A stretch of DNA of 64,000 bases from Patescibacteria group bacterium (GCA_018817595.1 JAHITU010000024.1:11155-75154), one strand, 5' to 3'. Positions 24,841-34,547 are shown, numbered from the stretch's first letter. Program-made: numbers and translations. The notes: a model not told the origin generated them from the sequence alone.

Positions 24841-27800
24841 TTAAATCTCTTGGAAACTTGGAACCAACATAAATTCCAAAGAAACTGATTCTGAAGGAGC
24901 CCCTACTTCTGTTCCGTTCTGACAAGTTAAAGTAAATTCTGATTTGTGTTCAATAGCAGGAGTAGTAAATGAACCAGAAATTATTCCACTTTCAGATTGG
25001 GCTTGAGTGTAATTGTACGTAGCAATAAATCCATCCGGTCCTTCTAGTGTACAAGAAGTAGCATTGCCAATTCCACTCCAAATGATTTCTCTAGTTTTTC
25101 CTTTGACTACCCAATAAATATTATCATCAGTTCTAAATCCTAAATTAGTTGGAGTTCCTGTAATAGTTTTTGATGCAGGAATAATAGGAGTGGGGCAAGC
25201 AGATACAGGAGGAACCACAGCATTACACAAACCGTCACAACCAATAATTCCAGTACCTGTCATATAACAAGAGTTTGTTCCCGCAGTACAAACTGTACCG
25301 TACCCAACAGGATTAGCAGGAACTGAGGCTGAACAAGTTCCGTCACACTGGATAGTTCCTGAAGCTGTTGTGCCACAAGCATTAGCAGCTGAAGTACAAG
25401 CATCACCTAGATCATCAGGATTATCAGGAGCTGAAACAGAACAATCACCCGTACATTCAATTTGTCCATAATTTACATCCCCACAAGAATTAGCATCTGA
25501 TTCACAAGGGTCTCCTAAACCAGCAGGTACAGTAGGGACAACGGCTGAACAGGTTCCATTACAAGCAATCGTTCCGCTCCCTTTATCTCCGCATAGATTT
25601 GGAGAAGATTGGCAATAACTTCCATAACTGGCTACACAACAAGATACTGTATTACAGCTCTGATATTGAATATTTGAACCTGCACAATACGCTCCCCCTC
25701 CTGATGGGTATGGATTTGAACAAGTTCTTGTTGAATATTGAGTTCCTCCTCCACAAACAACTGTACAAGGAGACCAAGCAGACCAAGCAGACCAACCTCC
25801 GTTTACAGCAGGGCTAACCACTGTAAAATAAACAGGAGCATTAGCATAGGGTGTACCTGAAAAATCAGAGATCCTGAAATTATAGTGAACTCCTTCATAT
25901 TGCCCATACTGCACCCAATGACTATAGGGGGTAAATCCATAATTTGGCAATAAGGAATTACACACTTCAGGGCCTGTCCAATTATTCCTTTCCATGTACC
26001 AACCACTATTAAGTTGCTCAGCTTTATTACTACAATAAAGATCATTATTAAATTCTTGTGGATAACCATAATAAGTTTTAAACCATCGCTCATCGTCCCA
26101 ATGAAACCAAGTGTAATAAGACCCTGGGGAACTAGGAGCACTTGCACTAAAAGTATAATAAGAACTACCCCTTCCTATATAAAAAGAACCTGCAGGATAG
26201 GGTATAATAGCATAATACTGACTACTAGTAACAGAATTCCAACAAACAATAGAACTTTCATACATTGTAGCTGTAATTGTTTCATAAGGGTTATAAGTAC
26301 TTTTGTTTAAGCTAATATTCCAAGTAAATGAATGATCCCAAAACCGATCTGCTCCACCAGCCCTAACAGCATAATTAATTCTATAGGAAGCAGCGTCGGC
26401 TACATTATAAGAACTCCCAAAAAAAGCAAAAGCTTGCAAAAAAACAAAAAAAACAATAACAAAAGTCGGAAATTTAAACCCTTTGTTTTTAAAATAAACT
26501 AAACTCACCAAAATTAAAAACCCTACACCTAATAACAGGTATACTAATAAAGAATTTCCTCTGTCTAGATCAAAATCAAATTTTGTATAGGAAAGAACTT
26601 CTCCTGAGTCATTATCAATTACTTGGATATTTACTTTTGGAAAGAGACAGTCTTTGTTAATTTGAAAATCTATAATCTGATTCAGGGAAAATTGATCAAT
26701 TTCAACCTTTAAAATATCTCCACAACTGTTATTATTTTTATCTACAACTTCGATTTTAGCTATTACATTTTCTACAAAAGAAGGTCCTAGTCTCGAACCA
26801 TAAAAAGAGTCAGCTGAACCACTGTAAAATAAGTTTATCTTGGCTATCTCTCCAGATTCATAAATTGTTTTATCGAGTGAAAGATTAGGAATAGTACTTC
26901 CTTTTCCTCTCAAAACATAATGAGCTGAAACAAAATCAACAGGAATATTTAAACTGTTATTAAAAGTTAATTTAACATCATAGGCTTGAGATTTTTCTGG
27001 TTTAGGTATTTCCAAAGAAAAAGTTTTCTTCTCTAAAGCTTTTATTTCAATGTTATCTTGTGAGAGTTGAGGAGTTTCAACTTTTTCTCCAAAAGTTGAT
27101 CTATAAAAAGTTTCGAAAGCAGGAATCAAAGACAAATCTTTATCAGAGTGGTTTTCTATCTCACAATTTAATTTCAATATTTCTTCTGGATTAACATCCA
27201 CGCCTTGGTCTAAAGTATAATGAGGGTCCAATTCTTCTCCTTCGATATTAAAAAAACAACTTGGTTTTATGATTTCCACAAATGAATTATCTCCTTCAAG
27301 CGTAACTTCACCTAAACTACCTAACCCTAAAATTAAACCTTCTTTATTTTTACTGACTATATATAATTGATATATTCCATTCAAATAATCAGGAGCATCA
27401 TATTTAATTTTTTTAATTATTTCTTCATTTTCTCCTAAATTGATTATTTCAGAATAAATCTTTTCATCAATAATTGATTGTGTTTGTAAACCATCATTCT
27501 CATTTATTAAAATTAAGTGCACCCCATACTGAATATCTGATTGAATCATTTCCCCGTTAGAAAGAACAAAAGATAAATCAAATTTATTATTTATTTGTTT
27601 TATTATTTTAGAATCATATATATTAAGACTTGATATCATTACTATTTCAGGAGTAATATCTTCTCCTAGTTCTTTTGTTGAATCCTCAATATATTTTTTT
27701 ATTAGATCTTGTTCATCTATAGAATCATTCTCTCCAAGCATCATTGAATTCATAAGATTAATTTCTTCTTGAGTTAATTCTTTTGGTGCACCAAAGCCTT

Positions 27801-27879
27801 CTTGTGCTGAAACATTTAGAGTACAATACCCTAAAATTAAAACAGTACAAAACAAAAAATATGTTAATATTTTTTTCAT
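24841..27879 (-). CDS. Secreted/membrane protein (1012 aa) with a thrombospondin type-1 repeat and four tandem Cys-rich modules of about 40 aa
   Basis: Signal peptide MKKILTYFLFCTVLILGYCTLNVSA. Two mid-protein hydrophobic helices. GGWSAWSAWSPCTVVCGGGTQYSTRTCSNP matches the W-x-x-W-x-x-W / CSVTCG TSR consensus. It is followed by repeats of the form CxSxANxCGxxxxGxIxCxGxCSAxxPxxP. Confidence 0.7.
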   Translation of the reverse strand: MKKILTYFLFCTVLILGYCTLNVSAQEGFGAPKELTQEEINLMNSMMLGENDSIDEQDLIKKYIEDSTKELGEDITPEIVMISSLNIYDSKIIKQINNKFDLSFVLSNGEMIQSDIQYGVHLILINENDGLQTQSIIDEKIYSEIINLGENEEIIKKIKYDAPDYLNGIYQLYIVSKNKEGLILGLGSLGEVTLEGDNSFVEIIKPSCFFNIEGEELDPHYTLDQGVDVNPEEILKLNCEIENHSDKDLSLIPAFETFYRSTFGEKVETPQLSQDNIEIKALEKKTFSLEIPKPEKSQAYDVKLTFNNSLNIPVDFVSAHYVLRGKGSTIPNLSLDKTIYESGEIAKINLFYSGSADSFYGSRLGPSFVENVIAKIEVVDKNNNSCGDILKVEIDQFSLNQIIDFQINKDCLFPKVNIQVIDNDSGEVLSYTKFDFDLDRGNSLLVYLLLGVGFLILVSLVYFKNKGFKFPTFVIVFFVFLQAFAFFGSSYNVADAASYRINYAVRAGGADRFWDHSFTWNISLNKSTYNPYETITATMYESSIVCWNSVTSSQYYAIIPYPAGSFYIGRGSSYYTFSASAPSSPGSYYTWFHWDDERWFKTYYGYPQEFNNDLYCSNKAEQLNSGWYMERNNWTGPEVCNSLLPNYGFTPYSHWVQYGQYEGVHYNFRISDFSGTPYANAPVYFTVVSPAVNGGWSAWSAWSPCTVVCGGGTQYSTRTCSNPYPSGGGAYCAGSNIQYQSCNTVSCCVASYGSYCQSSPNLCGDKGSGTIACNGTCSAVVPTVPAGLGDPCESDANSCGDVNYGQIECTGDCSVSAPDNPDDLGDACTSAANACGTTASGTIQCDGTCSASVPANPVGYGTVCTAGTNSCYMTGTGIIGCDGLCNAVVPPVSACPTPIIPASKTITGTPTNLGFRTDDNIYWVVKGKTREIIWSGIGNATSCTLEGPDGFIATYNYTQAQSESGIISGSFTTPAIEHKSEFTLTCQNGTEVGAPSESVSLEFMLVPSFQEI

Positions 27880-28015
27880 TATAATAATAATTAGTCAATA
27901 ATAACTATATTATATACTAATATAGTTATTACTTACACATAGTTATCCCCAGAAATACAAAAACCTTTATCTAAAAAGATGAAGGTTTTTGTATTTTCTA
28001 TATTTATCTTATAGA

Positions 28016-28699
28016 TTACATTTTTTTTCTAACATCTTCAATCATATCAGATGCAAAATTCTTTCCTCCTAATCCGAAAGCTAGTCCTATTGCTAGAGAC
28101 ATAGCTACCACCAATCCTGTGAACAATGTTTGGACAAAAGCTGCGGCAACTCCTAATTGATAAAGAGCCATCAATCCAGCAAATACCCAAATTGCCCATC
28201 GAGATACAGTTCCTAAAAATCCGAAATGAGCTTTCTTAGCTCCAGCGGCTTTAGCAGAACCAATCACTAGGTGTTCTGTAGCATCAGCAATTATAGCAGC
28301 AATCAAAAGAATAGCTGCGGCTGCGATTACTCTTGGTAGATAAAGAAGAACTACTTGTTGTAGAAATTGATTTACTTGGTCTAAGCCTAATACATCGAAA
28401 GATGCAACAGCAAAAACAACAATAATAAACCATTTAATTAAAGCACCTATAAATATTCCAGCATCCAAACGGAAACCAGCTTTATTAAGTGTTTTTTCTA
28501 CCCCAGCACTTCTTAGAACTTTATCAATTCCAAGTGAACGAATAATTTGAGCTACCACTCTTCCTATCAAAGCTCCAACAACCCATCCAATGACAAAGAT
28601 TACTATAGCAATAATCAAGTTTGGGACAAAGCCCATCACCCCTATCCAAAGACTTTGAAAAGACTGTGATAATACTTCACTCCATGTTTGTAGTATCAT
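28016..28699 (-). CDS. Membrane protein of the conserved-TM-helix / MscS N-terminal-like family
   Basis: Four to five TM helices with repeated VxxLGxD/LxxAG motifs. 227 aa. Confidence 0.45.
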   Translation of the reverse strand: MILQTWSEVLSQSFQSLWIGVMGFVPNLIIAIVIFVIGWVVGALIGRVVAQIIRSLGIDKVLRSAGVEKTLNKAGFRLDAGIFIGALIKWFIIVVFAVASFDVLGLDQVNQFLQQVVLLYLPRVIAAAAILLIAAIIADATEHLVIGSAKAAGAKKAHFGFLGTVSRWAIWVFAGLMALYQLGVAAAFVQTLFTGLVVAMSLAIGLAFGLGGKNFASDMIEDVRKKM

Positions 28700-29454
28700 A
28701 TTTTTTTTCTAAAAAATTAAAACTAATAATGAATTATTATCATATCCCCAAGACTTAATTGAATGGTCAAAGAAAATCAACCACCAAGAAATCTCATTGG
28801 TTTTATGATTTTACGACCTTTATTTTAGTATCTAAAAATACCATAACTATATAATATCATTATATGAAATGAAAAATATATGAAAACTGTGGATAAAATG
28901 ATGTCGGCTCAAAACAAAAGAAATCTTTGCTGAAAAACTTTTTCCTTCGGAACAACTTAAAGACATCCGACCTCATTTTTTATAATATTAAAATTAATAT
29001 CTAAAGATGACAGTTGTTTTAATTAAGAGGTCGGATGTCACCCAAACCACTCCCAGTGGGTCGGGTGAAATTTTTTCATAACTAAAGTAAAGAACAGTAA
29101 TTGTTTTGTTAAAAGTTTTAATGCTTGTATTTTATTTAGGTTTAACTTTTTTAAGGGATGGAAGAAGACGAAAAGCTTTAGCTTTTCGTCCACGAATTTT
29201 GCTTCGCAAAATTCGTCTTTACGAGAAATGAAGCGTAGCGAAATGACGAAGTAATCCAGAAATAAACAAAAAAGATAAACCTCAGTCTTACTTTTTCACT
29301 AAAAGTTTTAATGCAAGGATTTCTTTTATTTTAAACCTTAGTAGGGTGACGGGCGAGGCTTCGCCTCGCCCGTCTATAAATAAAAAAATCAACGGCTATG
29401 CTCGTAGCCATTGATTTTTTGTTTATTTTTTTAACTTTACAGACTTTAAACTTA

Positions 29455-29490
29455 CCTGCCCACGCCTGCCGGCGCGCAGGGGCAGGCGGG
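29455..29490. repeat. Extended GC palindrome CCTGCCCACGCCTGCCGGCGCGCAGGGGCAGGCGGG
   Basis: Near-identical copy at 34105-34144. Reverse-orientation copy at 42171-42216. Confidence 0.6.
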
Positions 29491-29492
29491 CC

Positions 29493-30110
29493 TTACAAAT
29501 CCAATTTGTTTACAATTTTTTTATGAGAGTAATCTAGAATGTCTCTTAATAATTTATCATAGACTCCTAAACGATAATTGAAGTCTGCTGTTTCTAAAAT
29601 AGAATATCTTAACTCTTGTCCAATTTCAGATTCCAAAATACCAATAGCTTTTTCTAAATAAGAATTATTTAAATTGTCCCCCACTATTAAAATATCTACT
29701 CGACTATCTGTTTCTTGAATAAAGACCCCTGAAGTGATTACTAATTTAAGTGTTCCTCCTCCTTTTAATCGATCAGTAATATCTTTAGATGAAAGTGGTG
29801 ATCCTTTTATTAACAAATTTTTTAAGGGGGCTAATAAAGAAAAGTTAGTATCCAATACCCAACCACTCATTTTTTTCTTTTCAACGACTTCTTGTTTATT
29901 TTTCTTTTTTATTATTTCTTTGTAAAAAATTCTTTTTTTAATCAAAGATATTTTTTCTAGAGCATTTAATTCTTTGCGCAGCGTAGCGACTGGAACTTTT
30001 GTTCTTGAAGAAATTTCTTCATTATCAAAAACCATATCATCGTTTGATAAAAAAAGTCTCATTATTTTTACTTTAGCAATTGAGCCAAATAATTTTCCTA
30101 AGGTTTCCAT
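29493..30110 (-). CDS. Hypothetical protein with an N-terminal winged-helix-like segment (possible regulator)
   Basis: ORF-track entry 29493..30176. The likely start is METLGK. It contains a SSRTKVPVATLRKELNALEKISLI helix-turn-helix-like stretch. Confidence 0.35.
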   Translation of the reverse strand: METLGKLFGSIAKVKIMRLFLSNDDMVFDNEEISSRTKVPVATLRKELNALEKISLIKKRIFYKEIIKKKNKQEVVEKKKMSGWVLDTNFSLLAPLKNLLIKGSPLSSKDITDRLKGGGTLKLVITSGVFIQETDSRVDILIVGDNLNNSYLEKAIGILESEIGQELRYSILETADFNYRLGVYDKLLRDILDYSHKKIVNKLDL

Positions 30111-30201
30111 TGTTAATATAATAACATCATTTTTTTTGACCAGCAACAAAAAAATCCTATCTGCACCTCCGCACAAATAGGATTATTTAAACTTTTTGTA
30201 A

Positions 30202-30450
30202 TTAATTAAAATTATTTTTCAGTAAAGAACCTATATGGATACTATTCATATTATCTATAAGATAGAACATAATATCGTCTAAAGTGTTCAGAGAAAATAT
30301 TCCATCACCTTCAATATAAACAATACCTCCAGATTCTTTCCAAATTCTTTCAGCTTCTAGTTGAATAGCCATATCATCTTCAAATAAATCTAAATTCACT
30401 TGAAATTCTTGTCCTTCTTTTCCATGAAATAAAACGATACGATTTTCCAT
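30202..30450 (-). CDS. Small hypothetical protein (82 aa), paralogous to the adjacent 97-aa ORF
   Basis: MENRIVLFHGKEG...LDLFEDD, versus the neighbour's MESKEIVFYGKND...ILLEDTD. Confidence 0.4.
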   Translation of the reverse strand: MENRIVLFHGKEGQEFQVNLDLFEDDMAIQLEAERIWKESGGIVYIEGDGIFSLNTLDDIMFYLIDNMNSIHIGSLLKNNFN

Positions 30451-30525
30451 TTTAAAAAATCTCCCAATTTATTTTAGAAAATAATAACCCTTATCTATAA
30501 TCCTACTAAGATAAGGGTTGGTTTA

Positions 30526-30819
30526 TCAAGCGAGAAGAGATTTAAAATAACGAATTAGTGATTCATTTTCACAGGAAGCAAAATCTGGCCCACTGTCCCT
30601 TTTTAATGAAAGCATTTTTTGCTTTTCTTTTTCTAAATATTCAACCAACCCTTCCCTACTTTGGAAAACGTAATCTGCTTCACCACAAGGAACGGAAACA
30701 ATGCTATTCAATCTTAGAAAAAGATCCTCCGCCATTTTTAGGCTATCTGTATCTTCCAACAAGATAACAGATAAAGGCGGATCATTTTTTCCATAAAAAA
30801 CGATCTCTTTAGATTCCAT
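30526..30819 (-). CDS. Small hypothetical protein (97 aa), tandem paralog of 30202..30450
   Basis: Shared N-terminal pattern ME..IV.F.GK and an acidic second half. Confidence 0.4.
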   Translation of the reverse strand: MESKEIVFYGKNDPPLSVILLEDTDSLKMAEDLFLRLNSIVSVPCGEADYVFQSREGLVEYLEKEKQKMLSLKRDSGPDFASCENESLIRYFKSLLA

Positions 30820-30902
30820 TTTTTTAACTCCTTAATTTTAAATTTATAGAAACTTACTAGAATCAAAGTATATCTAAAAAAACAAAAAAGGTCAACGAAA
30901 AT

Positions 30903-30982
30903 AAAAAGACTTGGGGGTGAAACCCCCAAGTCTTTTTATTTTATAAATATGAAAGAGCGAGGCTTTAGCCTCGCTCTTTCAT
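30903..30982. terminator. Two consecutive strong hairpins (bidirectional terminators) downstream of rplL
   Basis: aaaaagacttggggg-tgaaa-cccccaagtcttttt, then atgaaagagcgaggc-ttta-gcctcgctctttcat. Confidence 0.55.
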
Positions 30983-31027
30983 CAGCTTCTAATACGCATC
31001 AATTCTGCGTAATATCTGCTTATTTTA

Positions 31028-31519
31028 TTATTTCAATTCTACTTTTCCTCCAGCTTCTTCAATATCTTTCTTCAAAGCTTCTGCTTCTTCTTTCTTCATA
31101 TCTTTCTTCAATGAAGTAGGAGCTGCATCAACTAATTCTTTAGCTTCTTTAAGTCCTAGACCTAAAGCTGTTTTAACTGCTTTAATCACAGCAATTTTTT
31201 GGTCTCCTACTGCTGTAAGTTCAACATCAAATGAAGTCTTTTCTTCACCTGCATCATCTCCTGCAACAGCACCTCCAGCAACAGCCACAGCTGCAGCAGA
31301 AACACCAAATTTCTTTTCTAATAGTTTTACTAATTCATGTAAATCAAGTACTGACATTGTTTCGATTCCTTCTACCAAGGCTTTGAATTTAGCAGGTACT
31401 TCTACCTCTACTCCTTCTTCTTTAACTTCTTCAACTGGAGCTCCTACTTCTGCGGGAGCTTCAGTTACTTCTTCAGTAGTTTCTTCAACTACTACTTCAT
31501 CTTTTTTTTCTTCAGTCAT
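31028..31519 (-). CDS. rplL: 50S ribosomal protein L7/L12 (an acidic N-terminal extension is possible; the true start may be downstream)
   Basis: [23 protein letters not shown] dimerisation helix, an Ala/Gly hinge, and C-terminal domain [38 protein letters not shown]...[18 protein letters not shown]. Confidence 0.85.
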   Translation of the reverse strand: MTEEKKDEVVVEETTEEVTEAPAEVGAPVEEVKEEGVEVEVPAKFKALVEGIETMSVLDLHELVKLLEKKFGVSAAAVAVAGGAVAGDDAGEEKTSFDVELTAVGDQKIAVIKAVKTALGLGLKEAKELVDAAPTSLKKDMKKEEAEALKKDIEEAGGKVELK

Positions 31520-31635
31520 AATTATATTAAGTTATTAGGAAATTAGGTTGTTAGGTTGTTAGGAAAAAATTTACGAAGTAAATTTTTTTCTTAAATCCTA
31601 AATCTTAAATCCTAAATCTAAATTATTTTAATAAT

Positions 31636-32127
31636 TTAAGCCTCTTTCTTTTCAGCTATTTTACTCAAAGCTGTTACAAAAGATTGAATTGGTGAATTTA
31701 TAAGATTTACAAATTGACCTCTCAATACTTGTGGAGCAGGAATCTGAGCAATTGAAAGCATTTTTTCTTTGTTCATAAAAACACCTTCAAAAATACCTCC
31801 GAGAATAGCCATTTTCTCCTTATGTTTCTTTTGAAATTCATATACTCCTCTTGCTGGTGCAATTAAATCTTCACTATAAGCCAAAGCCAATTCCCCTTCT
31901 AATTCAGGCATTTCACCTTCAATAGAAGTATTTTCTAAAGCTTTTTTTACAATAGTCTTCTTTATAACTGTGTAAGAAGAACCTTCATTTCGAAGATTAT
32001 TACGCAATTGAGTTGTATCAGAAACACCTAGCCCGTGGAAATTTACGAAAACAACGGAATTAGAATCTTTTAAAATTCCTTCTGCCTTTTCAAAAATTTC
32101 TTTTTTCTTTTCTTTTTTTATTGCCAT
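31636..32127 (-). CDS. rplJ: 50S ribosomal protein L10
   Basis: 163 aa, immediately upstream of rplL. SNSVVFVNFHGLGVSDTTQLRNNLR. Confidence 0.85.
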   Translation of the reverse strand: MAIKKEKKKEIFEKAEGILKDSNSVVFVNFHGLGVSDTTQLRNNLRNEGSSYTVIKKTIVKKALENTSIEGEMPELEGELALAYSEDLIAPARGVYEFQKKHKEKMAILGGIFEGVFMNKEKMLSIAQIPAPQVLRGQFVNLINSPIQSFVTALSKIAEKKEA

Positions 32128-32389
32128 ATATTTAGGTTATTAGCTTATTAAGATTTTAGATTATTAGGAAAAAACTTGCTTAGCAAATTTTCATAATCTA
32201 TACCCAATTTACTAACTTCCTTATAAAATTTAAAAAGTCTTGAATAATCAAGACTCAGAGAAAAACACATCTACATATTTAATATATTAGTGTTTCGACC
32301 TAAATAGGGTTTATAAAATGGATTTTTAAAAGTATCCTTTTAAACCTATCTTCTCTGATCTTTACGAATACTATTTAATCATTTTTTAT

Positions 32390-32436
32390 AAAAAAAATCA
32401 AGAGGGTTTGAGCAAAGCTCAAATCCTCTCTTTTCA
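32390..32436. terminator. Bidirectional terminator with a 13-bp stem, downstream of gene 32440..32856
   Basis: aaaaaaaatca-agagggtttgagc-aaa-gctcaaatcctct-ctttt. Confidence 0.5.
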
Positions 32437-32439
32437 TTA

Positions 32440-32856
32440 TCAAAAATAAAGATCAACAGGCTTCCTTTTTTCAAAAAGGGATTCATTTGATGAATGCTTT
32501 TTCAAAAGCTTCTTTAGAACATACCCGAGATCTTCAGCAAATTCACTTTCTTTTCCAAAAAGGATTTGTATTTGTTCTGAAGACAAATTCATTTCTTTAA
32601 AAACATCCCATGATGTTTTCTCAACAGACAATGATACCCAAACCAAAAACTCAGCAATTTCTTCTGAAGAATTTAAAAAAATATCTATTTTATTCCAGAA
32701 AACAGAGCATCCCATTCGTCCAGTATTTTCCCAAATAGTTGCTGCTAAATACTCCGGTTTGTATTCACCCCTCAAGAAACCTTTTTCCAAATCAATGGAT
32801 TTAGGAATGCTATTACTCCCAGCTCTGGGAATAAAAACTACAACATTTTCATTCAT
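32440..32856 (-). CDS. Hypothetical protein (138 aa)
   Basis: ORF only; no recognisable motifs. Confidence 0.35.
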   Translation of the reverse strand: MNENVVVFIPRAGSNSIPKSIDLEKGFLRGEYKPEYLAATIWENTGRMGCSVFWNKIDIFLNSSEEIAEFLVWVSLSVEKTSWDVFKEMNLSSEQIQILFGKESEFAEDLGYVLKKLLKKHSSNESLFEKRKPVDLYF

Positions 32857-33078
32857 TTTTATATTCCTTTAAATAATTTAAAGTTAACTACCTCAGGTCA
32901 ATATACCAAAACAAATCCATTAGTCAATAAAGAACCTTGTGCATTCAAACTCATACCCCACCCCGTCTCCGCGAGACAATATTTCTTATTAAGAAATATT
33001 GTCTCGCGGTCCATTTCTAAAATCTCACAACAAAAAATCACTTGGAAGTTGAACTTCCAAGTGATTTTTTGTTTACAT

Positions 33079-33504
33079 TTATTGATTAACAGTTGCTATT
33101 TGTGTTTCATTTATTTCGGCAATATCTTTTTCCATTCTTTCAATCATTCTTCCTACTTCTCGTAAAACAATATCCAATCTCTGTAATTCAGGACTATGAG
33201 GAGCTTCTGGATTTGCGCTTGAAATCCCTACTAAATCATCATAGGTAACTCCTTTGTTTACAGTTCCAGAGTTTGAACCTATCCCTTTATTTTGAATCTC
33301 TGTTACATTAGCTTTAATTCTATCTTTTAAATCTCCTGAGTCTGAAACTATCTCAGAAGTCCCGTCTTCATTCAAAAGACCTTCTTCATTTGAAATACTA
33401 GCTTCTTCATAACGATTAAAACCAATCATTACAATAGCAGCTAAAATAAAACCAGTTAATAGACCTGTTAAATATTTTTGATCTTTAATTAGATTCTTTT
33501 CCAT
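33079..33504 (-). CDS. Hypothetical membrane-anchored protein (141 aa)
   Basis: Single N-terminal TM helix (LTGLLTGFILAAIVMIGF). Confidence 0.35.
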   Translation of the reverse strand: MEKNLIKDQKYLTGLLTGFILAAIVMIGFNRYEEASISNEEGLLNEDGTSEIVSDSGDLKDRIKANVTEIQNKGIGSNSGTVNKGVTYDDLVGISSANPEAPHSPELQRLDIVLREVGRMIERMEKDIAEINETQIATVNQ

Positions 33505-33612
33505 ATTTTTGTATAAAAATTAATAATTACTATTCTATTAGTATAGTAATCTCCTGTATAAAGTCAATGGATTTTCGTTATTTTAAATAAATATAAATTT
33601 TCTAACAAACCC

Positions 33613-33888
33613 TTGCAAAAAACCGAAATATAAATATAATAGTCATCAGCAGTTCAAGAGAGGCTGATGGTCCAGCAAAAGGCGAGGTCCGAATCTCGGG
33701 GACAATACTCCCTTTAAACTCTCTTTTTCTTCGATCAAGACAAGTCTGGTTGCCGAGGTCATTCCCTAAAATGACTGACGGTCTCCAAAGGCACCCCGCA
33801 ACAATAGTGGTGTCTACATCGCAATCAAACCATCTTGATCAAATCCCTCTTGGATACCTTTTCACGGTATCCTAGAGGGATTTTTTTT
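33613..33888 (+). ncRNA. Candidate small RNA 1: promoter TTGCAA-N16-TATAAT (33613-33640), about 240-nt transcript, terminator 33845-33888
   Basis: Good -35/-10 match. GC-enriched structured body (ggctgatggtcc..gaggtccgaatctcgggg). Ends with a 14-bp interrupted stem ccctcttggatacc/ggtatcctagaggg followed by T8. Stop codons in all frames. Confidence 0.45.
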
Positions 33889-34207
33889 ATCTATTTTCTT
33901 ATTTTTCAAAGGACGAAGCCTCGCTTCGTCCTTCTTCTTCACCCTAAAAAGTTAAACCCAAATAAAATACAGACATTAAAATTTTTAATGAAGAGTTACT
34001 GTCTTTTGCTTTAGCAAAAGGAAAATTTCACCCGACCCATACTCCCACAACAAAGAATATTTGTATAATATGGTTTTTAAAATGGTTGGGCTTGGGTTTG
34101 GATCCTGCCTGCCCACGCCTGCCGGCGCGCAGGGGTAGGCAGGTTTAAAAACATATTATACAAATATTCTAACAACTCATTTTATCCACAACTTCTTTTA
34201 AAATTTC

Positions 34208-34500
34208 TTGACTTTTATTTAAATATATTATATCCTTATATTTAGAAATAAAGGTAAATACAATTTCCGGGAGAATAGATGAAAAGGATTTATAGTACCT
34301 TTTCACAACAACAACTTTATAATTTCTCCCAAATGACCTCTCCTTTAGAGTCTTTCCTCTTCGGGAGTAAATGCATTCGAAAATGTTTTCATGAGAACAT
34401 TTTCATGTATAAGGAATTATAGCCAATTCCTTGTATAGCTGAATAGGTCATAATACCCCCAAAGATGTCTGGTGAACATCATGCGGGGGTATTTTATTTT
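34208..34500 (+). ncRNA. Candidate small RNA 2: TTGACT -35 at 34208-34213, a structured body of about 250 nt, terminator 34453-34500
   Basis: Internal hairpins gaaaatgtt/aacattttc and tataaggaatt/aattccttgtata. Terminator ataccccc...gggggtat followed by a T-rich tract. Confidence 0.35.
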
Positions 34501-34547
34501 ATGTTATTTAGTAATTTAAATTTATATTAATTAATTTTTAAAAATCC

